Source: a bacterium (GTDB lineage Bacteria; Desulfobacterota; DSWW01). From it: a stretch of DNA of 64,000 bases. Positions 37,371 to 45,461 of this stretch are shown one piece after another. Under the pieces are notes generated by a model, which searched no databases, was not told the DNA's origin, and was given only the letters and a program-made list of their open reading frames with translations. The translations under genes were made by a program, and so were the position numbers. The stretch covers positions 1 through 64,000 of the forward strand of contig JBFLZG010000114.1 in assembly GCA_040756235.1 (NCBI GenBank), read 5' to 3'. The number at the start of each line of letters is the position of its first letter. Positions within the stretch are counted from its first letter, which is position 1.

Positions 37371-38510
37371 TCAGGCGGTCTTCTTGTGGAACCGCGCCAC
37401 GGCCAGGGTGAAGAGGAGGGCACCCAGGGCGAAGAGCATGTAGAACTGCGGTGCCAGGAGGGCAAAGTCGTTTCCTTTGAGGATCACGCCACGGACGATC
37501 ACGAGGAAGTAGCGCATGGGGTTGGCGTAGGTGAGCACCTGCACCGGCTCCGGCATGTTGGCGATGGGAAACATGAGCCCGGAGAGCAGGATCGACGGCA
37601 TCATGACGATCACGGACACGAAGATGGCTTGCTGCTGTGTCTGGGAGACGGTGGAGATGAGGAGCCCCATCCCCAGCGTGGTGAACAGGAAGGTGGCGGC
37701 CGCTGCGTAGAGGAGCGCCAGGGACCCCACCATGGGCAGTCCGAAATGGCCTGCAGCCACGATCAGTATGAGCGTCGTGTCGACCATTCCGATCACGGCG
37801 AAGGGGAGCATCTTTCCGGCCAGCAGCTGCCACGGCTTCACGGGCGTGACCGCGAGCTGCTCCATGGTGCCGATCTCCCGCTCCCGTGTGATGGCGAGGC
37901 TGGTAAGCAGCATGGTGATGATCAGCAGGATCATCGCCAGCACGCCCGGGACCATATAGAAGCTGGACTTGAGCTCGGGATTGTAGCGGAAACGTGTCGC
38001 GGCGCGGACCGCCGGTACGGGCTTGCGCGCCAGGCCCCTGCGGGCCGCCAGGCGGCTCGTGCGCAGTTCGATCTCCGCCTGGGTGTAGGAGGCCAGGATC
38101 TTTCCCAGGTACCCCACTCCGATCTGGGCGGAGTTGGACTCGGACCCGTCGGCGAGCACCTGGAGGGGCGCCGTCTCCCCTCGGGACAGGTGGTCGGCAA
38201 ATCCCTCCGGAAAGACCAGAACCAGATCGGCACGGCCGTTCACCAGGGCCGCGGCCAGCTCTTCTTCGTTGCCGACGGCGCCGCGGCTGGTGAAATACCC
38301 GGAGTTGAGGATGGAGCGGACCAGCTCGCGGCTGGCCACGCTGCGGTCCAGGTCCATGAACGCCACGGTGATGTTGCGCACGTCCTGGGTGACCGCGTAG
38401 CCGAACAGGAAAAGCTGCAGGACCGGGGCGATGAAAATGATGGCGAACATGCGGGGGTCGCGAAAGGACTGGATGAATTCCTTGAGCGCGATGTGCAGGA
38501 CCCTTCCCAT
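37371..38510 (-). CDS. ABC-2 permease (YbhR-like)
   Basis: LFLFGYA, YNPEL, REREIGTMEQL.VTP, LSGLMFPI.NMP. Confidence 0.93.
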   Translation of the reverse strand: MGRVLHIALKEFIQSFRDPRMFAIIFIAPVLQLFLFGYAVTQDVRNITVAFMDLDRSVASRELVRSILNSGYFTSRGAVGNEEELAAALVNGRADLVLVFPEGFADHLSRGETAPLQVLADGSESNSAQIGVGYLGKILASYTQAEIELRTSRLAARRGLARKPVPAVRAATRFRYNPELKSSFYMVPGVLAMILLIITMLLTSLAITREREIGTMEQLAVTPVKPWQLLAGKMLPFAVIGMVDTTLILIVAAGHFGLPMVGSLALLYAAAATFLFTTLGMGLLISTVSQTQQQAIFVSVIVMMPSILLSGLMFPIANMPEPVQVLTYANPMRYFLVIVRGVILKGNDFALLAPQFYMLFALGALLFTLAVARFHKKTA

Positions 38511-38520
38511 GACGCACCCT

Positions 38521-39651
38521 TCAGAGTTTCTTCCTGAACCTGGTAATCGCCAGCCCCAGCAGCACGGTGCCGAAGACGACGAGGAGGAGGATCGGCCGGA
38601 CGAGCTCCTCCACGGGCTGCGCTTTCAGGAGGATCCCCCGGCAGATCGTGACGAAGTAGCGGGCCGGCACCGCGTAAGTGATCGCCTGCACCCACTGGGG
38701 CATGGACTTGATCGGAAAGAGGAAGCCCGACAGCAGCATGCTGGGGAGCATCGTCGTGAGCATGACGATCTGGTTGGCCAGGAGCTGATTGCCGGCGACC
38801 ACGCTCGCCAGAAGACCGATCGAGAGGCCGGCCACGGCAAAGACGAACGCCGCGGCGAGAAAGAGCAGGGCGCTTCCGGCAAAGGGCACGTCGAAGATGA
38901 CGACGCCCAGCAGGGTGACGGCGACGCAATCCAGCAGGGCGATGAGCAGATAGGGCAGCATCTTGCCGATCAGGATCTCGTGCTTGCGCACCGGAGTCGC
39001 GATCAGCCCTTCGAGTGTTCCCAGCTCCCGCTCCCTCACCACGGTCAGGCTGGTGAGCAGGGCGGCTACCACCATCATGATCACGGCCACCAGACCGGGC
39101 ACGATCGTCTTGGTGCTCTCCAGATCCGGGTTGAACCAGACCCGCACCCGGGGGTCGACCGGCGGAATGCCGCCGGGCGGCAACCCGGCGCGCGCCAGGG
39201 CCTCCTTCACGGATGCGACGTTCAGGTTGGCGACGATCGTATCCACGTACCCGGAGCTGATGGTGGCCGTGTTGGATTCGGAGCCGTCGAAGAGGACCTG
39301 CACGGCGGCCCCGCCCCCGCGCTCCAGATCATCGGCATAGCCCTGCGGAAGGGCCAGGGCGATCTGGGCCTCGCCGGTGTCCAGGAGCCGGGGCAGCAGC
39401 TCGGCGCTCGGCACGCGGGCGACCACCTGGAAGTAGCGGCTGGCCGAGAATTTCTCGACCAGCGAACGGCTTTCCGGTGTGCCGTCCTGGTCCGCCACGG
39501 CGAGCCTCAGGTCCCGGATGTCGAACGTGATGGCATAGCCGAAGAGCAGGATGAGGACCGTGGGCAGGACGAAAGCCATCGACAGGGTGCGCCAGTCGCG
39601 CAGGACGTGGAGCAGCTCTTTTCTGGCGATCGCAGGGATGCGGGTCCTCAT
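38521..39651 (-). CDS. ABC-2 permease (YbhS-like)
   Basis: KELLHVLRD, WFNPDL, RERELGTLEGL, LSGFLFPI. Confidence 0.93.
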   Translation of the reverse strand: MRTRIPAIARKELLHVLRDWRTLSMAFVLPTVLILLFGYAITFDIRDLRLAVADQDGTPESRSLVEKFSASRYFQVVARVPSAELLPRLLDTGEAQIALALPQGYADDLERGGGAAVQVLFDGSESNTATISSGYVDTIVANLNVASVKEALARAGLPPGGIPPVDPRVRVWFNPDLESTKTIVPGLVAVIMMVVAALLTSLTVVRERELGTLEGLIATPVRKHEILIGKMLPYLLIALLDCVAVTLLGVVIFDVPFAGSALLFLAAAFVFAVAGLSIGLLASVVAGNQLLANQIVMLTTMLPSMLLSGFLFPIKSMPQWVQAITYAVPARYFVTICRGILLKAQPVEELVRPILLLVVFGTVLLGLAITRFRKKL

Positions 39652-40604
39652 CGGGCGCGGCCCCCTCGAGCGGCGATGAGCGCGTCCTCGCGCTCGATCA
39701 GGTGGATGAAGGCATCCTCGAGGCTCGGCCGGACCGGCCGGACCCGTGCAGCAGCGAGACCGGCGCGGCCGAGCGCCGCCTCCAGGATCCGGGCGGCATC
39801 CGGGCCGTCCTGCATGAGCACCCGGGACACGGCTCCGAAGATGTGGGCGTCCTGGACCGCGGGGTTGTCGCGCAGCTCCCGGACGACCGCGGCCGGCAGC
39901 ACGCCGGAGACCTCGAACATCGAGCCCGTCAGGACCTCGGTCACCAGCTCACGAGGCGAGGCCTCGGCGATCTTGCGGCCCGAGTAGATCAGGATCAGCC
40001 GGTCGCAGTGCTCGGCTTCGTCCATGTAGTGGGTCGTAACGAAAACGGTTGTGCCCTGGCTGCGCAGCTCCGCGATGAGGTCCCAGAAGTCCCTGCGGCT
40101 CGCAGGGTCCACACCGGCCGTGGGCTCGTCCAGGAAGACGAGCCTGGGCTCGTGGAGGATGGCCGCCCCGAGGGCGAGCCGCTGCTTGATGCCGCCGGCG
40201 AGGTGGGCGGTCAGTCGGTGCTCGAGCCCCACGAGGCCCGCGATGCGCAGCGCCAGATCGATCCGGGCCGCCCGCTTCCTGCGCGGAATACCGTAGATTC
40301 CTGCGTAAAAGGTGAGGTTCTGGCGAACGGTCAGATCTGCATACAGGGAAAACCGCTGGCTCATGTAGCCGATCCGCTCCTTGACCCGGTCGGCCTCGCG
40401 CGCGAGATCGAAGCCGGCGACCGTGGCCGTCCCCGCGGTGGGCGCGAGCAGGCCGCACAGCATCCGGATCGTGGTCGTCTTGCCCGCGCCGTTGGGGCCC
40501 AGGAAGCCGAAGACCGTGCCTTCGGCCACTTCGAAGGAGACGTGGTCCACGGCCGTGAACGGGCCGAACCGCCGGACCAGCCGTCTTGCCTGGACTGCGA
40601 TCAC
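39648..40604 (-). CDS. ABC transporter ATP-binding protein (YbhF C-half-like)
   Basis: GPNGAGKTT, LAGG signature, LDEPTAGVDP, TTH. Confidence 0.95.
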   Translation of the reverse strand: MIAVQARRLVRRFGPFTAVDHVSFEVAEGTVFGFLGPNGAGKTTTIRMLCGLLAPTAGTATVAGFDLAREADRVKERIGYMSQRFSLYADLTVRQNLTFYAGIYGIPRRKRAARIDLALRIAGLVGLEHRLTAHLAGGIKQRLALGAAILHEPRLVFLDEPTAGVDPASRRDFWDLIAELRSQGTTVFVTTHYMDEAEHCDRLILIYSGRKIAEASPRELVTEVLTGSMFEVSGVLPAAVVRELRDNPAVQDAHIFGAVSRVLMQDGPDAARILEAALGRAGLAAARVRPVRPSLEDAFIHLIEREDALIAARGGRAR

Positions 40605-41527
40605 TGCCGCTGCTCCGTCGTGCTCTGTCTGGACAGAAACACGTCTTCAAAAGACGGCCTCACCCGCTCCAGAGACACGGCCGGAAGGCCGGCCTCGGCC
40701 AGCGCGCGGCCGAGCACCGCCGGATCGGTGCCGGGGGCACAGGCGATCTTCAGGGCCTGGCCCGAAGGGTAGCTTCGGAGAACCCCTCGGACGGTCCGAA
40801 GCGCCGCCCGGGCCGCGCGGATTTCGGACACGAACGCCTCGAAGATCGCCTCCGGGTAGTCTTCGAGAATCGCCTGGGGCCGGTCCATGGCCAGGAACCG
40901 GCCCCCGGCCATGAGGCCCACGCGGTGGCATCGTTCGGCCTCGTCCATGTAAGGCGTGCAGACGACGATCGCCACCCCCTCGGCCGCAAACGCGTACAGG
41001 ATGTCCCACAGCTCGCGGCGCGACAGCGGGTCGACGCCCGTGGTGGGCTCGTCCAGCAGCAGCACCTTGGGGCCGTGGATCATGTTGCACGACAGGGCGA
41101 GCTTCTTGTACATGCCGCCGGAGAGCTTGCCCGCGGGGCGGTTCGCGTACGACTCGAGCCTGGAGAAGCGATAGAGCCGGGCCAGGCGCTCCTTGCGTTC
41201 GGCTTTGGGCACGAAGTACATGTCGGCGAAAAAGGCTAGGTTTTCGGCCACGGTGAGGTCTCCGTACAGGCTGTACTGCTGGGGCATGTAGCCGAGCCTT
41301 TCGCGGGCCTCTTCCGGCGAGCTGTCGACGCGCACCCCGTCCACCTCCACGTCACCGCGCTCCGGGTCGAGGACGCCCACGAGGAGCCTGAGGGTCGTGG
41401 TCTTGCCCGCACCGTCGGGGCCGACCAGGCCGAAGATCTCGCCCGGGTCGATTTCGAGGTCGATGCCGGCCACGGCCTGCACCTCCCCGAAATTCTTCCA
41501 GAGCCCCCGCGCCTTCAGCAGCGCCAT
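40601..41527 (-). CDS. ABC transporter ATP-binding protein (YbhF N-half-like)
   Basis: GPDGAGKTT, LSGGM, LDEPTTGVDP, degenerate H-loop CTPY. Confidence 0.95.
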   Translation of the reverse strand: MALLKARGLWKNFGEVQAVAGIDLEIDPGEIFGLVGPDGAGKTTTLRLLVGVLDPERGDVEVDGVRVDSSPEEARERLGYMPQQYSLYGDLTVAENLAFFADMYFVPKAERKERLARLYRFSRLESYANRPAGKLSGGMYKKLALSCNMIHGPKVLLLDEPTTGVDPLSRRELWDILYAFAAEGVAIVVCTPYMDEAERCHRVGLMAGGRFLAMDRPQAILEDYPEAIFEAFVSEIRAARAALRTVRGVLRSYPSGQALKIACAPGTDPAVLGRALAEAGLPAVSLERVRPSFEDVFLSRQSTTEQRQ

Positions 41528-41646
41528 GGCAGATATCCCTTTTTGCCGCCATTCCGGCGGACCCCGGATCAGGGTCGTGGAGATCCCCTGAATCGGAGTC
41601 CGGGGCAGGGGCCGGAATCTAGCTCTGTCCTGTCACCCCGGCGCAG

Positions 41647-41855
41647 GAGGGTGTGTCACAAATCCGGTCAGACCCTCGTGCGACCACTCATTCCGGAGGA
41701 CTCGGAGGCGCGGCCGCATGATTTCCGTCCTTCCGGCGAAGGCCGGAATCCAGTCCCTGCGCCCAGTTGCCACAGCTGGTCCAGGTGCACCCTTCTGGAT
41801 CCCGGCTCTGCGCGCTTCGCACATGGGCCGGGATGACGAATTGTGACACAGCCTC
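41647..41855. mobile_element. Non-autonomous MITE (209 bp) with 17-bp TIRs and 4-bp target duplication
   Basis: Left TIR GAGGGTGTGTCACAAAT, right TIR (reverse complement) GAGGCTGTGTCACAATT, 15/17 identical; GCAG at both 41643-41646 and 41856-41859. Confidence 0.72.
41726..41838. repeat. CGTC-type REP inverted pair inside the MITE
   Basis: CGTCCTTCCGGCGAAGGCCGGAATCCAG ... CTGGATCCCGGC...GCCGGGATGACG; related degenerate copy at about 41545-41622. Confidence 0.75.
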
Positions 41856-41917
41856 GCAGGCCGGGGTTTGGTCCCTGAACCCCGCGACACCGGATGGCCG
41901 TGGTGTGGCCTCCAAAA

Positions 41918-42031
41918 GGGCGACGCATGCGTCGCCCCTACAAGAGGTGATCCGCCGGACCAGCGCGGGTCTTCTTGTAGGGGCAGGGCTTGCCCTGCGC
42001 GGACGCGGGCGCAGCAAGCAGCGCCCCTACA
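41918..42031. repeat. GTAG-type REP cluster (3 copies)
   Basis: GGGCGACGCATGCGTCGCCCCTAC; GTAGGGGCAGGGCTTGCCCTGC; GGGCGCAGCAAGCAGCGCCCCTAC. Confidence 0.8.
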
Positions 42032-42935
42032 AGGGGTCTCCTTCCGTGCCCTCGGTGGGAGGCGCGCCGGCGTCCACGAACCAGGCGTCCACGGGCATGC
42101 CGGTCTTGAGCGTCCCGTCCGGATTCGGAACTCGAACCTTGACCGCATAAACAAGCCGCACCCGCTCCTCGCGGGTCTGAACGTTCTTGGGGGTGAACTC
42201 GGCCTCGTCGGCAATGGTGGCGACTGCGCCCGGAAAAATGCGGTCCGCATAGCTGTCGGTCTTGAGCTCGACCTTCTGGCCGAGCCGGATCCTGCCGAGC
42301 GTGGGGCCCGGCACGTAGATCTTGACTTCCATGTTCGAGAGATCGGCCAGGGTCAGGAGGGCCGATCCGGGGAACACCGTTTCGCCCAGCTCGACCGGGA
42401 TGCGGAGGATCGTGCCGGCCAGCGGCGCGGTGACAGTGGTGTGGCCGAGCTGCTCCTGGGCGAGCCGGAGAGCTGCTTCGGCCTGCTCGGCCTGGCTGCG
42501 GATGACCGGTTTCTGGGCCTCCAGGACCGACTTCTGGGTTTCGAGGTCGTCGAGCTGCATCTGCGTGGCCGACCCGGTGGAGAGAAGCTTCCGAACCCGG
42601 GCCAGGCTGGTTGCGAGCCCCGCCAGGTTGGCTTCGACCACGCCGAGCTGGCGCAATGCGGTCTCCCGGCTGGCGCGCGCCTGATCGACCTGGGCCCGGT
42701 AGACCGAGTCCTCGATGCGCACGAGGAGCCGCCCGGCCTCGACCCTCTCGCCTTCCAGCACGGGCAGATCGACGATCCGGCCCGTGACCTGTGCGCTCAG
42801 CGAGACCTCGACCGCTTCCACGGTGCCGTAAAAGGAGCGGTCTTCTTCGAAAGCCTTCTTTTGAGCCCGATAGCGGTAGCCGAAATACCCGACCAGCAAG
42901 AGAACCACCATGAGAGGCACGATCCTTCTGGCCAT
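42027..42935 (-). CDS. HlyD-family periplasmic adaptor (YbhG-like)
   Basis: N-terminal anchor, lipoyl half-motifs, coiled coil, AEFTPKNVQT..ER..LVYAVK. Confidence 0.93.
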   Translation of the reverse strand: MARRIVPLMVVLLLVGYFGYRYRAQKKAFEEDRSFYGTVEAVEVSLSAQVTGRIVDLPVLEGERVEAGRLLVRIEDSVYRAQVDQARASRETALRQLGVVEANLAGLATSLARVRKLLSTGSATQMQLDDLETQKSVLEAQKPVIRSQAEQAEAALRLAQEQLGHTTVTAPLAGTILRIPVELGETVFPGSALLTLADLSNMEVKIYVPGPTLGRIRLGQKVELKTDSYADRIFPGAVATIADEAEFTPKNVQTREERVRLVYAVKVRVPNPDGTLKTGMPVDAWFVDAGAPPTEGTEGDPL

Positions 42936-42939
42936 GGTC

Positions 42940-44313
42940 TCATCTCCCGATCGCGTCCAGATCTCCCGTTGCGGCCGCCAGACGCACCCTGGCGATGCGA
43001 CGATCGTAGAGGGCCTTGAGGTGCTCCAGGCGCGCCCTCCTGGCAGCCAGCTGCGCGTCGATCACCTCGAGGCTGGTGGCGGCGCCGGCCACGTAACTGT
43101 CCTCCGCGATGGCCAGGATCTGACGGGCCCGCTCCTGGTTTTCCTGGGTGGTCCCGATCCGAACGGCCGTCTCCTCCAGATCGAGCAGGGCCGTCCGCAC
43201 CTCGGTCTCGATGTCCGCGAGCGTCTGAGCGGCGCTCCTGCGCAAGGTCTCGGCGCCGGCCCGGGCCTTCTGCATCCCGTGGTAGGCTTCCAACCCGTCA
43301 AACAGCGGCATCCTCAAACCCACCCCGACGGTCCAGTTCTGTTCCCATTCGTTGATGGAGAAGTAGGGTTTCTCGTACCCGAAAGTGCCGGTCAGGGCCA
43401 GATTCGGCAGCATGGCGCCCCGTTCGGCAAGGGCCTGGTCCTCGGCCGCCGAGCGCAGGTGATCGATGGCTCGAAGCTCCGGCCGCATGCGCGCGGCCTG
43501 GTCCAGCTCGGCTCTTTCGTCCACCGCCTCGACCGAAGCGTCCAGGGGGCTCGTGAGCACCAGGTCCGCCTGATCGGGAAGACCGACGGCCCGGCGGAGC
43601 CGGGTCAGCGCGATCTGTATGCCCTTTTCCGCCTCGGTCACTCCGGGTTCGAGGTTGGACACTTCCGCCTCGGCTCTGAGCAGCTCGAGCCGGGTCGCGG
43701 CGCCCGCCTCGTAGCGGTGGCGGACATGCTCCAGGTGAGAACGTGCGGCCGCCAGGGCCTCGCGCTGGACCGCGGCAACGCTCGCCGCGATGAGCGCGCC
43801 GTTGTAGGCTTCGGCTGTGCGCTGAGCCGTCTTGAGCCGCGTCGCAGATTCCTGCTGCCGGACGGACTCGATCTGGGCCTTGGCGGCCTGGTGGGTGTAG
43901 TAGACGCGGCCGGAGGCGAACAGGAGCTGGTTCAGGGCGATCTTTGTCCGGTAGTTGTCCTGGGCCCCGACCGAGACTTCCCGCCGGATGCGCAGGGACG
44001 GGATGAGCGGACTGGGGGACTCCAGCGGGAAATCGATCTCGATCCGGGGCACGTTGTCGATGTAGGTGTAGCCGCTCTCGAGCGTGAGGTCGGGAAGGAA
44101 GCCGGAGAAGACCTGGGCGCGGGCCTGTTCCCGTTCGTCGATCTGACTCCGCACCACCGCGAGGTCCGGGTTGTGCTCGAGCCCGTAGGCGATCGCATCG
44201 GACAGGGACCAGCGCAGGGGTTCGGCCGCCCGGGCCGCCGGGCGTGACGGTGCGGCCAGCAACGCTGCCAGGAGGGCCGTCCCGAAGAGAGGCTTCAGAA
44301 GGCTGGTTTTCAT
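42940..44313 (-). CDS. TolC-family outer membrane efflux protein
   Basis: Signal peptide from ATG 44313, LSDAIAYGLEHNPDL, RYEAG.AT.LE, PLFDG. Confidence 0.92.
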   Translation of the reverse strand: MKTSLLKPLFGTALLAALLAAPSRPAARAAEPLRWSLSDAIAYGLEHNPDLAVVRSQIDEREQARAQVFSGFLPDLTLESGYTYIDNVPRIEIDFPLESPSPLIPSLRIRREVSVGAQDNYRTKIALNQLLFASGRVYYTHQAAKAQIESVRQQESATRLKTAQRTAEAYNGALIAASVAAVQREALAAARSHLEHVRHRYEAGAATRLELLRAEAEVSNLEPGVTEAEKGIQIALTRLRRAVGLPDQADLVLTSPLDASVEAVDERAELDQAARMRPELRAIDHLRSAAEDQALAERGAMLPNLALTGTFGYEKPYFSINEWEQNWTVGVGLRMPLFDGLEAYHGMQKARAGAETLRRSAAQTLADIETEVRTALLDLEETAVRIGTTQENQERARQILAIAEDSYVAGAATSLEVIDAQLAARRARLEHLKALYDRRIARVRLAAATGDLDAIGR

Positions 44314-44933
44314 CGAGAACTCCCCCCTCTCGGTAGAGCCAGCACGCCGCCGAGCAGCACCTTCCGGAAAGTCGCGGCGAACTGGCCGATGCTGATGTCC
44401 TGGGACAGGAGGAATTTCGGGTTCGCCAGATTCGTGACGATGCCCTGGATGAGCTTGCCGGCCACGACCGGGTCGAGGTCCGGCCGCACGGATCCTTCGC
44501 TCTGCCCCCGGCGCAGAAGCTCGGTGAAGATGCCGGCGATCTGATTGCGGAAGCCCTCGATTTCCGCCCAGATCCCGGGCAGGAGCAGCTGGATGTCCGC
44601 CATCATGCGTGCCGTTACGTTGGCAAAGAGGTTGTGGATGAGCAGGTCGAAATGAAGATCGAGAATCTCGTCGACGGGCTTGTCCGAGGAGAGGTTTTGG
44701 GCGATGGGGGGCAAGGCCGCGGAGAGGTGCTGCGTCACCAGCTCGTTGACCAGGGCATCCCGGCTGCCGAAGTGCCGGTAGAAAGTGCGCTTGCTCATGG
44801 CCATGTCCGCGCACAGCTCTTCGACCGTGACCTTGCGGATCCCCCGCTCGGAGAAGACCCGCATGGTATGGGCCAGGATCTTTTCGCGCGTTCTTCGCGC
44901 CCGCTCACCCGGTTCCCGTGGGAGAGGCTTCAT
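44310..44933 (-). CDS. TetR/AcrR family regulator
   Basis: REKIL...FSERGIRKVTVEELC..MAMSKRTFYRHFGSRDAL HTH; start ATG 44933. Confidence 0.93.
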   Translation of the reverse strand: MKPLPREPGERARRTREKILAHTMRVFSERGIRKVTVEELCADMAMSKRTFYRHFGSRDALVNELVTQHLSAALPPIAQNLSSDKPVDEILDLHFDLLIHNLFANVTARMMADIQLLLPGIWAEIEGFRNQIAGIFTELLRRGQSEGSVRPDLDPVVAGKLIQGIVTNLANPKFLLSQDISIGQFAATFRKVLLGGVLALPRGGSSR

Positions 44934-44951
44934 CGCAGTTATACGCCACTT

Positions 44952-44981
44952 AGGAAACAATATGAGTAAAGTTAGTTTCCT
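44952..44981. promoter_or_regulatory. Candidate TetR operator
   Basis: AT-rich inverted repeat AGGAAAC-N16-GTTTCCT about 20 bp upstream of tetR. Confidence 0.55.
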
Positions 44982-45101
44982 TTATGCCACAACCAGTCGA
45001 TTCGATCAAGGAGTCTTTGCAGGGGCGGAGTCGGCTCAGATCCCGGGGTCTGCGGAGAGGAGGCTGCCAAGGAGTGAATCGAACGAAGAAAGGACCGGTC
45101 T

Positions 45102-45461
45102 CTATTTTTCCCCCTCTGCCGGGACGTCTCCCGAGCGCTTCCGGGGCGCTTTTTGGAAGCCGTCGAGCCAGTGGAGGACCGCGAGCAGCGGGTGGCGGCG
45201 GATCATGCGCGGCCCTGCGTAGCCCATGACCGCCTTGATCTGTTGGCGCCTGCGTGGCTGGTAGCAGTGGACCGGGCACTTTGCGCAGGTAGGTTTGTCC
45301 TCCGCGAAAGGACACTTCTCCAGACGGGTTTCCGCGTACGTGAGCAGATCGTGGCAATCCAGGCACAGGCTGGCGGAGCTTTTGTGCACGCCCCTGCAGT
45401 AAATCGCGATCATCGCCCTCAATGTCTTCTGCTCTCGGTCGATCCGGCCGTGGTCCTTCAT
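45102..45461 (-). CDS. ygbA: YgbA family (nitrous oxide-stimulated promoter) Cys-rich protein
   Basis: REQKTL.AMI.IYC..H, LC.DC..L..YA..RL.KCPF..KPTC.KCPVHCY, VM.YAGPRM..RHP. Confidence 0.88.
   Translation of the reverse strand: MKDHGRIDREQKTLRAMIAIYCRGVHKSSASLCLDCHDLLTYAETRLEKCPFAEDKPTCAKCPVHCYQPRRRQQIKAVMGYAGPRMIRRHPLLAVLHWLDGFQKAPRKRSGDVPAEGEK

Noticed and set aside
41633..42250. ORFs across the hlyD-ATPase gap as a transposase
   Set aside because: Translations are REP-derived with no DDE or HUH motif.
33300..45461. NO-reduction or Rubisco-activase locus (norQ/norD-like plus ygbA)
   Set aside because: No norCB or rbcL; ygbA is 8 kb away in another transcription unit; the linked gene is a GRE activase.
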